A program made the translations under genes and the position numbers. Positions 1-9,994 of a stretch of 64,000 nucleotides of DNA are shown here, one piece after another. The stretch's first letter is position 1. Every line of letters begins with the position of its first letter. Location of the stretch: the IMG/VR virus record IMGVR_UViG_3300036971_000130. The stretch is one strand, 5' to 3'. Under the pieces are notes generated by a model, which was not told the origin of the DNA, ran no database searches, and saw nothing but the letters and a program-made list of their open reading frames with translations. This DNA is from a virus (taxonomy: Duplodnaviria > Caudoviricetes).

Positions 1-1
1 G

Positions 2-415
2 ACGAACCCTCCGTTCCAGGATTCGACCACCCGAGGTAAGACCAGGCACAAGGTCTGGATCGAGTTCACGCTCGCAGCGTTCGATCGCCTGCTGGCCGAC
101 GGAGGCCATCTCGTCCAGGTGACCCCGGCCTCCATCGGGTCTCCGTCGTCGCCAGTCCTGAAGTTGCTCCGGTCGAACTGGACCAGGAAGCTCCGCTTCG
201 GAACCGAAGGCCACTTCCCTTCGGTCGCATCCACGTTCTCCGACTACTGGGTCACGAAGGGTGGCGACGGAGCAACGGCCGTCATCGGACCCGATGGAAC
301 GTTGTTCCACACGAGAATCGACGAGTCGACGATCTACCTCCCGAACGACATCTGTGACGAGGCGCTCTCGATCCACCAGAAGGTGATGTTCAGCGACCGT
401 CCGAGGACCAGGTGA
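2..415 (+). pseudogene. 3' part of an N6-adenine DNA methyltransferase (Eco57I-like); starts before the window and appears C-terminally truncated
   Basis: Frame 2 reads TNPPFQ...HKVWIEF...GGHLVQVTP...F..V: NPPF catalytic motif IV with typical following strands. Ends abruptly inside a convergent small gene. Confidence 0.65.
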
Positions 416-557
416 ACGCCGATCCGGCGAAGATGACCGACGAGATCACCAGGAGGGCGAACCAGATGGTTGTCTGCTTCCTCGCCTTGTCCACCTTCGC
501 TGTCGAACGTGGGCGAGTTGCGATCTCGTAGCTGTACTCGGTCTCGTAGTCGTGCAT
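390..557 (-). CDS. 55-aa membrane peptide (absent from ORF track)
   Basis: ATG 5 nt after the motif at 563-572; MHDYETEY...IWFALLVISSVIFAGSAFTW, one TM helix. Confidence 0.6.
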   Translation of the reverse strand: MHDYETEYSYEIATRPRSTAKVDKARKQTTIWFALLVISSVIFAGSAFTWSSDGR

Positions 558-643
558 GACCCCATCATGGGTTGCCGCACTGGCGACGTCAAAGCTGCCG
601 AAAACCCAAGAAGCGGGGGCCGTGGCCCCCGCTTCTCAACTGG

Positions 644-1726
644 TCACTTCCGACGGAACTTCGACGGGAAGCGGAGGGTGCGGACCGTCTGCTTCAGCCG
701 GACGAAGGCACCCGGCTTCAGGTCATCCTCCGGCTTCCACTCGTCCACGTCCGCCACGAACCCTTCCTCGGCCTCGTAGTTGACGAGATGCCCTCGATGT
801 CGCCGTCGCCGTCGTAGTACGGCGACGGCGACATCGTAGGCATCGAGGGCGATCTCGTCAACTACGAGATCGCCCTCGATGCCCTCGATGTCGCCGTCGC
901 CGTCGTAGTACGTGACCTGGGTCACGTCGATCGGACGGTCGATTTCGCAGATCACCTGGAACTGCTCGACCCGCATCTTGCAGGTCTCCCGGTTCGGGAC
1001 CGACACGACATGGGCCGGGTCGAACCGGACAGCGATCGTCCGCTGGCCCCACCGGAAGGCGTACTGGTGGGTACCGATGTGGAGACCGGGAGCGCAGGAG
1101 ACCTCACGGTCGTCGCACACCATGTTCCGGGGCATGCGCACCGTGTCACCGGGGGCGTACGGGATCTGGCCCTCGAACCGGACACCGTTCACCCACGCCA
1201 CGCCGCTGTTGACCGACGTGCCCTCACGGGTGATCCCCTTGTGGCCGACGACGTAGCCGTCCTCGTCGATCGTCACCATGTCGTTGGCGAGCAGCCACGA
1301 GAACAGATCCTCGATGGCCTTGTACGACGGGTTGTTCTGCAACCGCTCCAAGAAGTGCAGGAGGTTGCCGTAGGAGTCGCCCTGGCGGAACTTGTCAGCG
1401 ATGTGCTGGGCGATCACCGAGTGCTGCGGCACACCGTCGAGAAGGACGGTGCCGTCCCGCTGGACCTCGATCCGACCGCCGCTGGAAGCGGCGACGACCT
1501 GGGCCATCACGTCCTTGCCAGCGACCGTGTCGGCCAGCAGCGTCCAGTCGGTCTCACCGGAGTTGATGAGGTCACGGATGAACGGGTAGAAGGACGAGTC
1601 CGAGGTCACCGACATCTCAGCGTAGTCGGTGGAGGTGATGGTCAGGACCGAGACACCGGTGGTGTGATCGGTGACGGTCCGAGTGGTGAGTAGTTCCATC
1701 TTGGGTGTGTTCTCCTTGTTGGTCAT
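644..1726 (-). CDS. rIIB: rIIB-like phage protein
   Basis: FLERLQNNPS, DGYVVGHK, MPRNMVCDD..CAPGLHIG, VVSVP..CKMRV motifs; directly downstream of rIIA-like gene; start set by motif at 1732-1741. Confidence 0.85.
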   Translation of the reverse strand: MTNKENTPKMELLTTRTVTDHTTGVSVLTITSTDYAEMSVTSDSSFYPFIRDLINSGETDWTLLADTVAGKDVMAQVVAASSGGRIEVQRDGTVLLDGVPQHSVIAQHIADKFRQGDSYGNLLHFLERLQNNPSYKAIEDLFSWLLANDMVTIDEDGYVVGHKGITREGTSVNSGVAWVNGVRFEGQIPYAPGDTVRMPRNMVCDDREVSCAPGLHIGTHQYAFRWGQRTIAVRFDPAHVVSVPNRETCKMRVEQFQVICEIDRPIDVTQVTYYDGDGDIEGIEGDLVVDEIALDAYDVAVAVLRRRRRHRGHLVNYEAEEGFVADVDEWKPEDDLKPGAFVRLKQTVRTLRFPSKFRRK

Positions 1727-1746
1727 GGTTCCATCATGGGTGGTGG

Positions 1747-3699
1747 TCATGCCACAGCCGAAGCGGCGGCGGCGGTAGCAGCCCGGTCACGGTCGGCCAG
1801 GGCGATGTACGAGTAGAAGTCGGCCTGGTTGCCCCACGAACTGAAGTGGTGGGCCAGCGGGTACCGCTCGTCGAAGACGTTGTTCTCGGGGATGTCGATG
1901 CTCTCGTCCTCGACGGTGAACTGACGGAGCCACGACGGGAAGCGCCGGTTCCGGCAGGCGGCGAGGTCGGCGTACTCGACACGAAGCTCGTGATCCTCGG
2001 GGAGACGAGCGAGATCGGAGGTCCAGCGACCACGGGCTTTCAGCGAGATGGCAGCGGCACGACGGTCGGCCATCGGAAGGGCCTTGTAGTACGCCTCACG
2101 CTCCTTGTCGGTGAGCGAGACGACCTTCGCCGTGCGGCTCACCAGGGTGCTGTACTGCTGGCGGGGCTTCAGGCAGACGATGTAGCGCACTTCCTCCGGC
2201 ATGAACGGGATCAGGGTCACCGATTCGTCACGGTTGTAGTTGTCGCAGCGGAGCACGGTCTCGTCCTTCAGCGACGTAACCGGAACGTCGGTCCATTCCT
2301 CCGTCGAACGGTCCCAGACACGGTACGCCTGAGCCGACCGGGCGAGGCCGGAACTGGACCGGACGATCTTGTAGTCCTCCACGTCCTTCGCCGTGTAGGT
2401 GATGAAGCCCGTCTCGCCGGTCAGGTCGAGAAGTTCCGACTTGACCGGCTCCGAAGCGAAGATCACGTTGACCGTCTCGTTGCCGTACTGGGACGAAGCG
2501 ATGACGGAGTTCACCATCTGAGCCAGCTTCGTTCCGTTGGTCGTCGGGTCCACGCCATCGAAGAACACCGTGGGCCGATCGAGCAGGGTCGTGAGGGAGA
2601 ACGTCGGCATGAACATGCGACCCTTGCCGGGAGCCTTCGAGTAGACCGACAGCGACGGGAAGTCCTTGTTGAGATCGTCCACGTCGATCGGCTTCTTCAG
2701 GTCGATGCCGTTCCACTTGTAGCCGACGATCTCCCTCACCGTCGGGGACTCGTTGATGAGGCGGATGGCCTCGATCGCCGTCTCCGCAGCATCGACCTTC
2801 TTCGCCACCTTCTTGCGGAGCGAATCGAGGGCCTTGGTCCGAAGGCTGTCGAGGCGAGTGGCGTTCTCCGGGGTCTCCATGAGGTAGTCCCGGCTCGGGA
2901 CCGGCTTCAGGAAGCCGATCGGGGCGTGGACGTAGAGCGGGAAGGGCACCCGGATGTTCGTGTCGAAGATGATGCCGCCGACGATCGCCTTCATGTAGCT
3001 CTCGCCATTGATCATGGCGCAGCCGTACTTGTTCTTGGCGACGACCTTCTCGTCCTCGTAGATGGACGGCAGAACCTCACCGTTCAGGGTGACGGTGCCC
3101 GGCTCCATGCCGTAGGCGAGGCGCTTGGCACCGCTGATGAAGTCCATGATGTCGCTCGGGTCGGTGACCGAGGCGTTGATCTCGGTGCCGGACTGCGGAC
3201 GGGTCTCGATCTGGTGGTAGTGGCCGACGAACATGCCGCTCTCGTCCTGGGCGTACACGCCACGCCAGGTCTGGCCCTCGAAGGTCGTGATCACCGAGAA
3301 GGTGTGGGCGATGGCGATGAGCGCCTTCGCACCGAGACCGAAGCCGCCGATGGCGTCCTTGTCCTCGGCCTTCGTGGAGTTGCCGAACGAGCCGAAGTTC
3401 TGGGCGAGGGTCTCGATAGACATGCCGATGCCGAAGTCGGTGATCGTGATGGTCGTGCCACCGTGCTCGTCGATCGGAGCCGTGAAGTGGACCTCCGGCT
3501 TGACGCCGAGAGCGACGCAGGCGTCGATGGAGTTCGAGCCGGTCTCTCGGGCGACGGCGATGCCGGAGTTCCGGTAGATGCGGGCGAACAGCGCCGTCAT
3601 GGCAGCGACCGACTCGGGGCTGAACCCGACGGTGGACTGGAAGGCGAAGCTCTTGGCGTCGATGTCGTTGGCGGTGGTGGGCTGGGTGTTCAGGATCAT
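1747..3699 (-). CDS. rIIA: rIIA-like protein with N-terminal GHKL/HATPase domain
   Basis: RETGSNSIDA, DFGIGMS, STK..IGGFGLGAK, SGTEI, PSRDYL; paired with rIIB. Confidence 0.85.
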   Translation of the reverse strand: MILNTQPTTANDIDAKSFAFQSTVGFSPESVAAMTALFARIYRNSGIAVARETGSNSIDACVALGVKPEVHFTAPIDEHGGTTITITDFGIGMSIETLAQNFGSFGNSTKAEDKDAIGGFGLGAKALIAIAHTFSVITTFEGQTWRGVYAQDESGMFVGHYHQIETRPQSGTEINASVTDPSDIMDFISGAKRLAYGMEPGTVTLNGEVLPSIYEDEKVVAKNKYGCAMINGESYMKAIVGGIIFDTNIRVPFPLYVHAPIGFLKPVPSRDYLMETPENATRLDSLRTKALDSLRKKVAKKVDAAETAIEAIRLINESPTVREIVGYKWNGIDLKKPIDVDDLNKDFPSLSVYSKAPGKGRMFMPTFSLTTLLDRPTVFFDGVDPTTNGTKLAQMVNSVIASSQYGNETVNVIFASEPVKSELLDLTGETGFITYTAKDVEDYKIVRSSSGLARSAQAYRVWDRSTEEWTDVPVTSLKDETVLRCDNYNRDESVTLIPFMPEEVRYIVCLKPRQQYSTLVSRTAKVVSLTDKEREAYYKALPMADRRAAAISLKARGRWTSDLARLPEDHELRVEYADLAACRNRRFPSWLRQFTVEDESIDIPENNVFDERYPLAHHFSSWGNQADFYSYIALADRDRAATAAAASAVA

Positions 3700-3704
3700 G
3701 GCGT

Positions 3705-3734
3705 CATCATGGGTGGCTGATCTGGGGGTGTCCA
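3705..3734 (-). promoter_or_regulatory. Complete example of the element promoter: TGGACA-N17-CATGAT-N6-ATG (rIIA)
   Basis: Minus strand TGGACA cccccagatcagccacc CATGAT gacgcc ATG. Confidence 0.8.
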
Positions 3735-3738
3735 ACCC

Positions 3739-4026
3739 TCAGATCAGCCGTTGACGGCACCACCAGGAGTTGATCTGCTCGTTGATCTCAGCGATCCTTC
3801 GAGCGATCAGATCGTACTCGTATCCACCGACAGCGACGATCTTCGGGACCGGATACCCCTCCTGCAACCGGAACGGGAACTGCCCGAACATCGCCACGTT
3901 GAACATGCCCGGACCAGTCGTCAGGAGGCTGACTGCCATCGCCTGCTCGTAGGGGTCGTCGGAGACGCCGACTTCACTCACAAGGAGTTCGTAGAGGCTG
4001 TCGGCCTCATCTTCCGTCAGCTTCAC
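3739..4026 (-). CDS. Hypothetical protein, paralog of 41170..41460
   Basis: (M)KLTEDEADSLYELLV...IAEINEQI resembles MKITKRQAEAIWDILI...IDAINEKI. Confidence 0.6.
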   Translation of the reverse strand: MKLTEDEADSLYELLVSEVGVSDDPYEQAMAVSLLTTGPGMFNVAMFGQFPFRLQEGYPVPKIVAVGGYEYDLIARRIAEINEQINSWWCRQRLI

Positions 4027-4279
4027 GACGTTCCTTCTTCGAGACACGACGAGCCATCTCCCGTAGAGCTTCCGGTGCGCCTGGCACACCAGCACCACAT
4101 GACCGGCCTTCAGCGGACCTGATCAGGATGGCGAACTGCTTGGAACCAGGCGAGACGGGTACGTGGCCGAGCTTCGCCTTGTCACTTGCAGCCCATCTGC
4201 CGCCGTTGGCTGAGTTGGCGGCTACGTCCTTCTCACGTCTGGTCATCGAACCATTCTACTGGGCCAGGCAGCCGTCCGA

Positions 4280-4561
4280 TCAAGGCCGGAACCCTCCGAC
4301 GACGAGGGTGGCTCCGACCATCCAGATCGGGACGATCCAACATCCGAGGACCACGAGGTGCCGGACGATCGGTTCGTGCTTCGTGCCCTTCGATGCGTAG
4401 GTGGCAGTCACCGCTGTGAAGATGCAGCGGATCACGAACATCACCGAGACGAACCAGTACCAACGGGACAGGTCATCGAGGTTGACGATGTAGAGCGCCG
4501 TCACCGGAAGCGACAGGAGGCTCAGGACATCGTAAGCGAGAAGTGCTTTACGCCAGTTCAT
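4280..4561 (-). CDS. Small membrane protein (about 3 TM)
   Basis: Three hydrophobic segments. Confidence 0.6.
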   Translation of the reverse strand: MNWRKALLAYDVLSLLSLPVTALYIVNLDDLSRWYWFVSVMFVIRCIFTAVTATYASKGTKHEPIVRHLVVLGCWIVPIWMVGATLVVGGFRP

Positions 4562-4577
4562 CGGTCAGATGGTGAGT

Positions 4578-4609
4578 GATGGCGGGTGGCACCAGAACCA
4601 CCCGCCATC
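4578..4609 (-). terminator. Hairpin downstream of 4615..5316
   Basis: GATGGCGGGTGG-N8-CCACCCGCCATC, perfect 12-bp stem. Confidence 0.7.
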
Positions 4610-4614
4610 GGATC

Positions 4615-5316
4615 TCAAAGCTCGAAGTCGTCGTCACCGAGGGAGTTGGCGGCTTCCTCGGCACGCTTCTCGTCCTCGGTGGCGACCGGCTCGAAGTCGC
4701 TGAAGTCGTCGAACTCGGTGGACTTCTCCGCATCGTCGACAGCGGGGGTCGTGTCAGCGAACTCGTCGACCGGTTCGTCGGTCTTGTCCGACTTGTCCGT
4801 CTTGTCGGCGGTGGCACGCTGCTTGCTGGCCTGACGCCTCGCCGGAGCCTTGCGCTTCCGGCCGAAGTTCACCGGCACCTCGTTCTCGGCGTCCACGGTC
4901 TGCTCGTGGTTGACGACGACCGAACCGTCGGTGGCGAGGGCGGCGGTGACCGCAGCGGCGGTGGCAGCGGCGACGGTCTTCTTGTCGAAGCCGTCGACGA
5001 CGATCACGATGGATCGACCGGGGGACTCGTCACCGAGGGACCGGACGTTGAGGCGGGCAGCCGAGGGGTTGACGCCGTAGAACTCGGCCATCGAGCCGGT
5101 GAGCGGCTGGTCGGTGCGGGTCGTGGTGGGCTCGGTGCCGTAGATCACGGTCGTCTCGGTCACGAGGTTCTTGACGGTGGCGTCGGCGGACACGTCGGGG
5201 ACCATCGTGATCTCGACCTCGTAGGGGAGGCCCTTGGCGATCTCGTTGGCCTTCGCCTCGTCGTCTGCTGTGGCGACGGGCACGTTGGTGCTCTTGCGAG
5301 CGATGATGTAGGTCAT
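4615..5316 (-). CDS. Hypothetical protein with basic patch and acidic tail
   Basis: Strong codon bias; motif variant ACCCATAATG 6 nt upstream. Confidence 0.75.
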   Translation of the reverse strand: MTYIIARKSTNVPVATADDEAKANEIAKGLPYEVEITMVPDVSADATVKNLVTETTVIYGTEPTTTRTDQPLTGSMAEFYGVNPSAARLNVRSLGDESPGRSIVIVVDGFDKKTVAAATAAAVTAALATDGSVVVNHEQTVDAENEVPVNFGRKRKAPARRQASKQRATADKTDKSDKTDEPVDEFADTTPAVDDAEKSTEFDDFSDFEPVATEDEKRAEEAANSLGDDDFEL

Positions 5317-5384
5317 GGACTCCATTATGGGTGGTGGGGCTGACAGGGTTGGACAGGGTCGAATACCCGACCCATGTTGTGGAT

Positions 5385-5768
5385 ATGACCGTGACCTTCG
5401 CCATCGACGCCGCCTGCTTCTGCACCCCCGCCAACTGCTGGGAGAACTGCGAGGAATTCCGCTCCTTCCACTACTGCGGCCACGCCCACAAGGCCGCCGA
5501 GGTCATGCGTGAGCAGTGCTCACTTTGCTCACTCTCCGTGAACCTTGCGAACGTAAGGGCGAGCATCACGATGTCGATGTTCGGGTTCGACTACGCCGCC
5601 GGAGACACCTCCGGAACGGTCGATCCAGAGGTCTTCGTGACCGGTCTCGTCGAGGTCGGTTTCGGCGGTGGAACCGTCGATCAGCGGCTCGATCTGAGCA
5701 CCCTGCAACGGCTGATCCGGCTCGGCCAGGGTGCCGCCGATCGCAAGGCCCAGATCGTCTGGGCCTGA
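5385..5768 (+). CDS. Cys/His-rich (SWIM-like zinc finger) hypothetical protein
   Basis: CFC...C...C..YCGHAH; full promoter TGGACA(5350)-N17-CATGTT-N6-ATG. Confidence 0.65.
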   Translation: MTVTFAIDAACFCTPANCWENCEEFRSFHYCGHAHKAAEVMREQCSLCSLSVNLANVRASITMSMFGFDYAAGDTSGTVDPEVFVTGLVEVGFGGGTVDQRLDLSTLQRLIRLGQGAADRKAQIVWA

Positions 5769-6060
5769 TCGGTCAAACCGGCCAAAACTGACTGAAACGG
5801 ACATCGGAGCCCTGAATCTGGGCTCCGATGGTGCCGTTTTCGGCCCGGAGAGGCCCCTGGAAGCCCCTGAGAGCCGTTTCGGCGTGAACCGAGCGTTCTC
5901 GGCGCTCTCGGCCCGCTGAGAGCCTCCTGGGGCCGAATCCGAGCACCTGGGAACCCACCCGGCGGGGTGAGCTTCCCGAGAACCCCGATTCGGGCTCCGA
6001 ACGGGGGACCTGAAAAGTCCGGACATCTGTACAGAGTCGACTCTTAGTGAAAAACACTAG

Positions 6061-6170
6061 AGCTGTATGGAGAGAGGGGTGGGAGGGTAAATTATAGACA
6101 TATGTATGGATTTACTCAGTCACCTACTACTACTACTACCCCCTTTCCCCTACATACTTCTCTAGTATTT
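6061..6170 (+). repeat. AT-rich ~110-bp element, copy 1 (inverted homologue at 49441-49550)
   Basis: GA/G-tract, TAGACATATGTATGGA core, (CTA)5, C-tract, CTCTAGT. Confidence 0.8.
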
Positions 6171-6443
6171 TTGCTGCTCAGACGGCGAAAAACGTCGAAC
6201 TGAGAGCCCCGCCGGAGGACAAAAGCCCAGGTCGCTCTAGAAGCGCCGATTTTCGCCCTCGACGGCCATCACGCCCCACTCGAAGCGGCTATAGCGGTCG
6301 AAACGGACAGTTCGGACTTTTGGCGACTGTGATGGATCGTCCGCAATCTTGTGACGGCCGTCTCTCCTTGACTCAGAAACAACTTGGTGGACTACTGGAC
6401 AAACGTCCAGACTCGGGTCTTGAAACGAGCCCCAGATCCTCGA

Positions 6444-6720
6444 AAACGGAGTAAATGCTCCGGTATTTGCGGAACCGCAAATCGTAAACCGGAGTGTTTG
6501 CTCGGCTTTCTCGGATGGATTTTCTGAACGACGTTCATCTTTCCTCGAAAACTCGCCCCGTGGAGTGGATTCCATAACGCTGTTATAACGATGTTATGGA
6601 ACGTCCTGAGAGGGCTGTGGAACGCTGTTCCAGAGGCGTCGAACGGGGGACGAGAACGCCTATGGAACAGCGTTCGATAATGCTCACTCTCCGTAGTGAT
6701 GAAACGGAGTGTTTGCTCGG
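6444..6720 (+). repeat. Three iteron-like repeats AAAC(C)GGAGTNNNTGCTC
   Basis: Copies at 6444, 6486 and 6702. Confidence 0.7.
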
Positions 6721-7131
6721 GTTCCGAGGCGATTTGACCTGCCGTGGTCGCCAGACGCCGACATCCGGCGACCTCGTGAACGTGGCTATGGTGTTGTGCC
6801 GGACACCCCACCACGAGGTCCGCTGACGACCGAGGCCGAAGCCCCAGATCACATCACCTCGGTGACACCACCCGAGCGACCGGATGAACTCGACGGCCTG
6901 GTGAATGCGGATGCTGTCCAGACAGACGCACACGACACCGTCGTCGGCCATGAGCGGCAGCCAGTTCTCGAAGGTGGCCCACAGGAACCCTTCGTCCTTC
7001 CCGTCGACGTAGGACGATGCGGGGCCGGACTGGGACTTCCCAGTGCCGTACGGCGGGTCAGTCCACAGGAGACGTGGCCGTAGACCGTCCGGCGGCGTCT
7101 GAGCGTCTCTGACCTCAACCGTCCAGGTCAC
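6583..7131 (-). pseudogene. Truncated beta-class N4/N6 DNA methyltransferase
   Basis: LWTDPPYGTG...DDGVVCVCLD...VIW...RHNTI; no FxGxG SAM motif; runs into the non-coding repeat island near 6745. Confidence 0.7.
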
Positions 7132-7573
7132 ACGAGACCTCGGTGAGCCATCGGACGAAGCGATCGACGTGGTGCTGGACGGCACGGCTGTTGTCCGCCC
7201 ACCCAGGTCCAACGACGTGTTGGACTCCCCGGAGCATCCCCGAGTTCAGGAGTTCGCACTGGTAGTCGCCGTCGAGGACGATCATCAGGGCGACACCGAG
7301 CGCACCGGCGAGCATTTCCTCGTGGAGTGCATCGGTCAGCAGCGGGGTCATCTTGGACTTCTCGAACCAGTGGGGACCGCTGTTCTGGTAGTCGGTCTCA
7401 CCGCTGTACGGGTCAGGCCCAACGCCGAAGTTCGAGAGGCCACGACGGAACCTCGGGCACACCAGGAAGTGGCCGATCTCGTGAGCGTAGGTCTCGGGTC
7501 CCCGAAGGTTGATGGTGTTCAGGGTCGTTCCATCCCAGACGGGGTCTGAAGCGTCACCGAGCCTCGTTCTCAT
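7115..7573 (-). CDS. HExxH protein, EpmC/YfcM-like motif (paralog 1)
   Basis: AHEIGHFLV..RR.LSNFG...EE.LA; tail HHVDRFVRWL. Confidence 0.55.
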   Translation of the reverse strand: MRTRLGDASDPVWDGTTLNTINLRGPETYAHEIGHFLVCPRFRRGLSNFGVGPDPYSGETDYQNSGPHWFEKSKMTPLLTDALHEEMLAGALGVALMIVLDGDYQCELLNSGMLRGVQHVVGPGWADNSRAVQHHVDRFVRWLTEVSCDLDG

Positions 7574-7575
7574 CC

Positions 7576-7893
7576 ATGCAAGCCGGTAACGAGTACGCCA
7601 TGTTCAGGTACGGCGATTCGATCGCCAACTGCGCCGAGGTGAAGAACTCGAAGAAGTCCGGCTACCAGACCAGTCAGATCCAGTTGCAGGGTCGGAAGGC
7701 GAAGTCCGAGAAGTGGAGCACCGAGTTCCGCTGCACCAGGAAGAAGTCTGTGACCAGGTTCAACTCGGTGGTCACCATCGAGAAGATCGACGGGAAGCTC
7801 AACAGCGGCAGGGTCCAGTTCCCCAGAGGCTTCTGCATCAGCGAAATCCGCTCGGGAACCTTCAACGAGTGGTTCTGCTACGGCATCTCATAG
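7576..7893 (+). pseudogene. Member of the basic Cys lipoprotein family lacking the signal peptide
   Basis: C..FRCT..C..C pattern, Lys-rich; starts 2 nt from a divergent ATG. Confidence 0.45.
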
Positions 7894-8388
7894 ATCCGAG
7901 AGCCACCGCACGAAATGATCGACATGGTGACGGACCGCCCGATGGGCGTCGTCCCACAGGTCAGAGACGAAGTACCGGTAGCCGTACGGCGCACTATCGT
8001 CTTCGATCATCCGATACAGATGTTTGACGTGCATGAACATCTCCGACATGTCTTCCCCGAGGATGTCGGAGATGATGAGGCCGATGACCGCAGCTTCACG
8101 TTCCTCCTGGATCATGTCGAACAGACGACGGCTAGGACTGCACCAGCCGTACTCGACCATCTTCCGTCGTTCCTTGGTGGCAACGAGGTAGTGACCAAGC
8201 TCGTGAGCGGTGTACTCGATCACCGAGTTCTCGAACAGGGTTGACCCGTTCCAGTTTGACCCTGGGGCATCCCGCCTGAACCCCATGCCAACCTCAGTCA
8301 TGTACCGCTTCAGGATGGCGACGTTCTGACTGGCTTCAGGGTTGGTCGACGGCTTCGATGATGTGATGTCTTGGCCTGAAACGATCAT
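7888..8388 (-). CDS. HExxH protein, EpmC/YfcM-like motif (paralog 2)
   Basis: TAHELGHYLVATKERRKMVEYG...EEREAA; tail RHHVDHFVRWL; motif variant ACCCATGCTG upstream. Confidence 0.6.
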   Translation of the reverse strand: MIVSGQDITSSKPSTNPEASQNVAILKRYMTEVGMGFRRDAPGSNWNGSTLFENSVIEYTAHELGHYLVATKERRKMVEYGWCSPSRRLFDMIQEEREAAVIGLIISDILGEDMSEMFMHVKHLYRMIEDDSAPYGYRYFVSDLWDDAHRAVRHHVDHFVRWLSDL

Positions 8389-8406
8389 GTGCTCAGCATG
8401 GGTCGG

Positions 8407-8652
8407 TCAGACCTTCGTGTCCAACCAGCGAACGAATCGGTCGATGTGGCGTCGGACCACAGGAGATACCTCAGACCAACGGCTGGTGACTTCGAGAGCG
8501 GTTCGGCTGTACCTGTCGAAGAACTCGACGGGCATCGTGGTGCAGAACATGTGGTCGTTGACGATCCCGAAGACATCACAGAGAGACACCCCGAGGACGG
8601 CCGCTTCGACTTCCTCTTGGTTGCCGGAGAGGGTCTTGGATGGTCGCTGCAC
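8407..8652 (-). pseudogene. C-terminal remnant of the same HExxH family (paralog 3)
   Basis: QEEVEAAVLG...RRHIDRFVRWL without HExxH. Confidence 0.55.
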
Positions 8653-8700
8653 CGTCCCTGTGGATCAGCACCGTGATCGTGTTCTGTCGTCGTTCGAGCT

Positions 8701-9981
8701 TCATCCCTGACCGAACTTCGTGTACGTCCTCTCGAACGGTGTCGGACCGAACATCCAACGGTCGAGATCCGGCGGCGTCGAGAAGATCGGGGCGACATCC
8801 CTCAGCCAGTACGGCACGCCGTAGAGCAGCGACGAGTTACCGATCGCTGATGTGAACGGCTCGTAGTCCGAAGGAGCAAACGTCACCGATGACGGGTCCG
8901 ACAGCGACACCGGCTCCCAGAGGTTATCCCCTTCGCCGGTCGGTCGGATCGCCTTCATCTTCAGGAAGTCGTCAGAGAAGCCGCCCAACTCGGGGAACCA
9001 GTCCTTCCAGCGAACGACAGCCACCCGCTCACGGAGACGCAGACGCCGGGCGTTGATCCTCGGGTTCAAGGCGTCGAGGATGCCCTTCGTCAGCGGGTTC
9101 ATCACCTCGCTGTCACGGGCGTCGGGGTCACCGGCGTCGACGAAGACGATGATGGTTCCGGACTCGTCGTACTCGGCGTGGGAGAGGATCTCCAACCACT
9201 TGTCGAGCTTCGCTCTCGCTCTCGTCTGACGAGTCGATGTGGTGATCTCGAAGACGATGCGGAGGCCGTCGCCTCGAATCATCATCAGGTCACCAGCGCC
9301 CGAGGTCGTCACCGGATGGGTGCCGGTGACATCGAGCAGGTGGTGGGCTGCCATCCCTTCCCCGAAGACCGCCGCCGGGTTACAGAACTCAGCGATCCGG
9401 AGTCCCAGTTCGACCGACAGGATGTTGTGGCGGTCATGTCGTGGTCCGGCAGTCGGGTTGATCCCGCCGGTGACCTTCAGCCACTCGGTGAACGGCAACT
9501 CGGAGAGGATCGACGGGATCGAACGGTCACGGGTCATCCGCCAGACCATCGGCACGCCAGCGGCGTTGATCGAGAACCGACCTCGTTCAGCGAGGTGACC
9601 TGACCACAGATGACGGAGCGGTAGGGGAACCTCCGCTCGTCGTCCGCCCGGCTGGTACATCTTCGAGTCCCACCCTCCGAACGCAGCAAGCTGGTCCGAG
9701 GTCCCGGTGCGCCACATCATCAGAGCGCCGAGCGCCTTGCGGGCATCCTCGTCGGTGGACTTGAAGGCTTCGACAGCGATCTCCGGCGTGTCCCGCTTGT
9801 CTCTGAAGGTCATCCGGCTGATCCCGGCCTTCGCACGACGTTCAGCGAGACGACGTGATTCCCAGGAGACCTGAGAACTGTCACCCCAGAGACCGGCCCA
9901 GAACGGATCGACTCGGTTCTCGGACCGGTGCAACCGGTTGGGGACGACCGAATGGGCGTCCTCGAAGTACGTGACCGTCAT
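8701..9981 (-). CDS. Replication-relaxation-family-like protein (wHTH plus PD-(D/E)xK), candidate relaxase
   Basis: TSDQLAAF helix, RHDRHNIL, GDLMMIRGDGLRIVFEIT; near VirD4-like ATPase. Confidence 0.55.
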   Translation of the reverse strand: MTVTYFEDAHSVVPNRLHRSENRVDPFWAGLWGDSSQVSWESRRLAERRAKAGISRMTFRDKRDTPEIAVEAFKSTDEDARKALGALMMWRTGTSDQLAAFGGWDSKMYQPGGRRAEVPLPLRHLWSGHLAERGRFSINAAGVPMVWRMTRDRSIPSILSELPFTEWLKVTGGINPTAGPRHDRHNILSVELGLRIAEFCNPAAVFGEGMAAHHLLDVTGTHPVTTSGAGDLMMIRGDGLRIVFEITTSTRQTRARAKLDKWLEILSHAEYDESGTIIVFVDAGDPDARDSEVMNPLTKGILDALNPRINARRLRLRERVAVVRWKDWFPELGGFSDDFLKMKAIRPTGEGDNLWEPVSLSDPSSVTFAPSDYEPFTSAIGNSSLLYGVPYWLRDVAPIFSTPPDLDRWMFGPTPFERTYTKFGQG

Positions 9982-9994
9982 GCCCTCGACTGTA

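Noticed and set aside
790-911. Short direct repeat (GCCCTCGATGTCGCCGTCGCCGTCGTAGTAC) at the 3' end of rIIB
   Set aside because: Local duplication in a low-complexity acidic tail that probably shifts the frame; no sign of a system
2-7131. Functional restriction-modification system
   Set aside because: Both methyltransferase ORFs look truncated and no cognate endonuclease is adjacent
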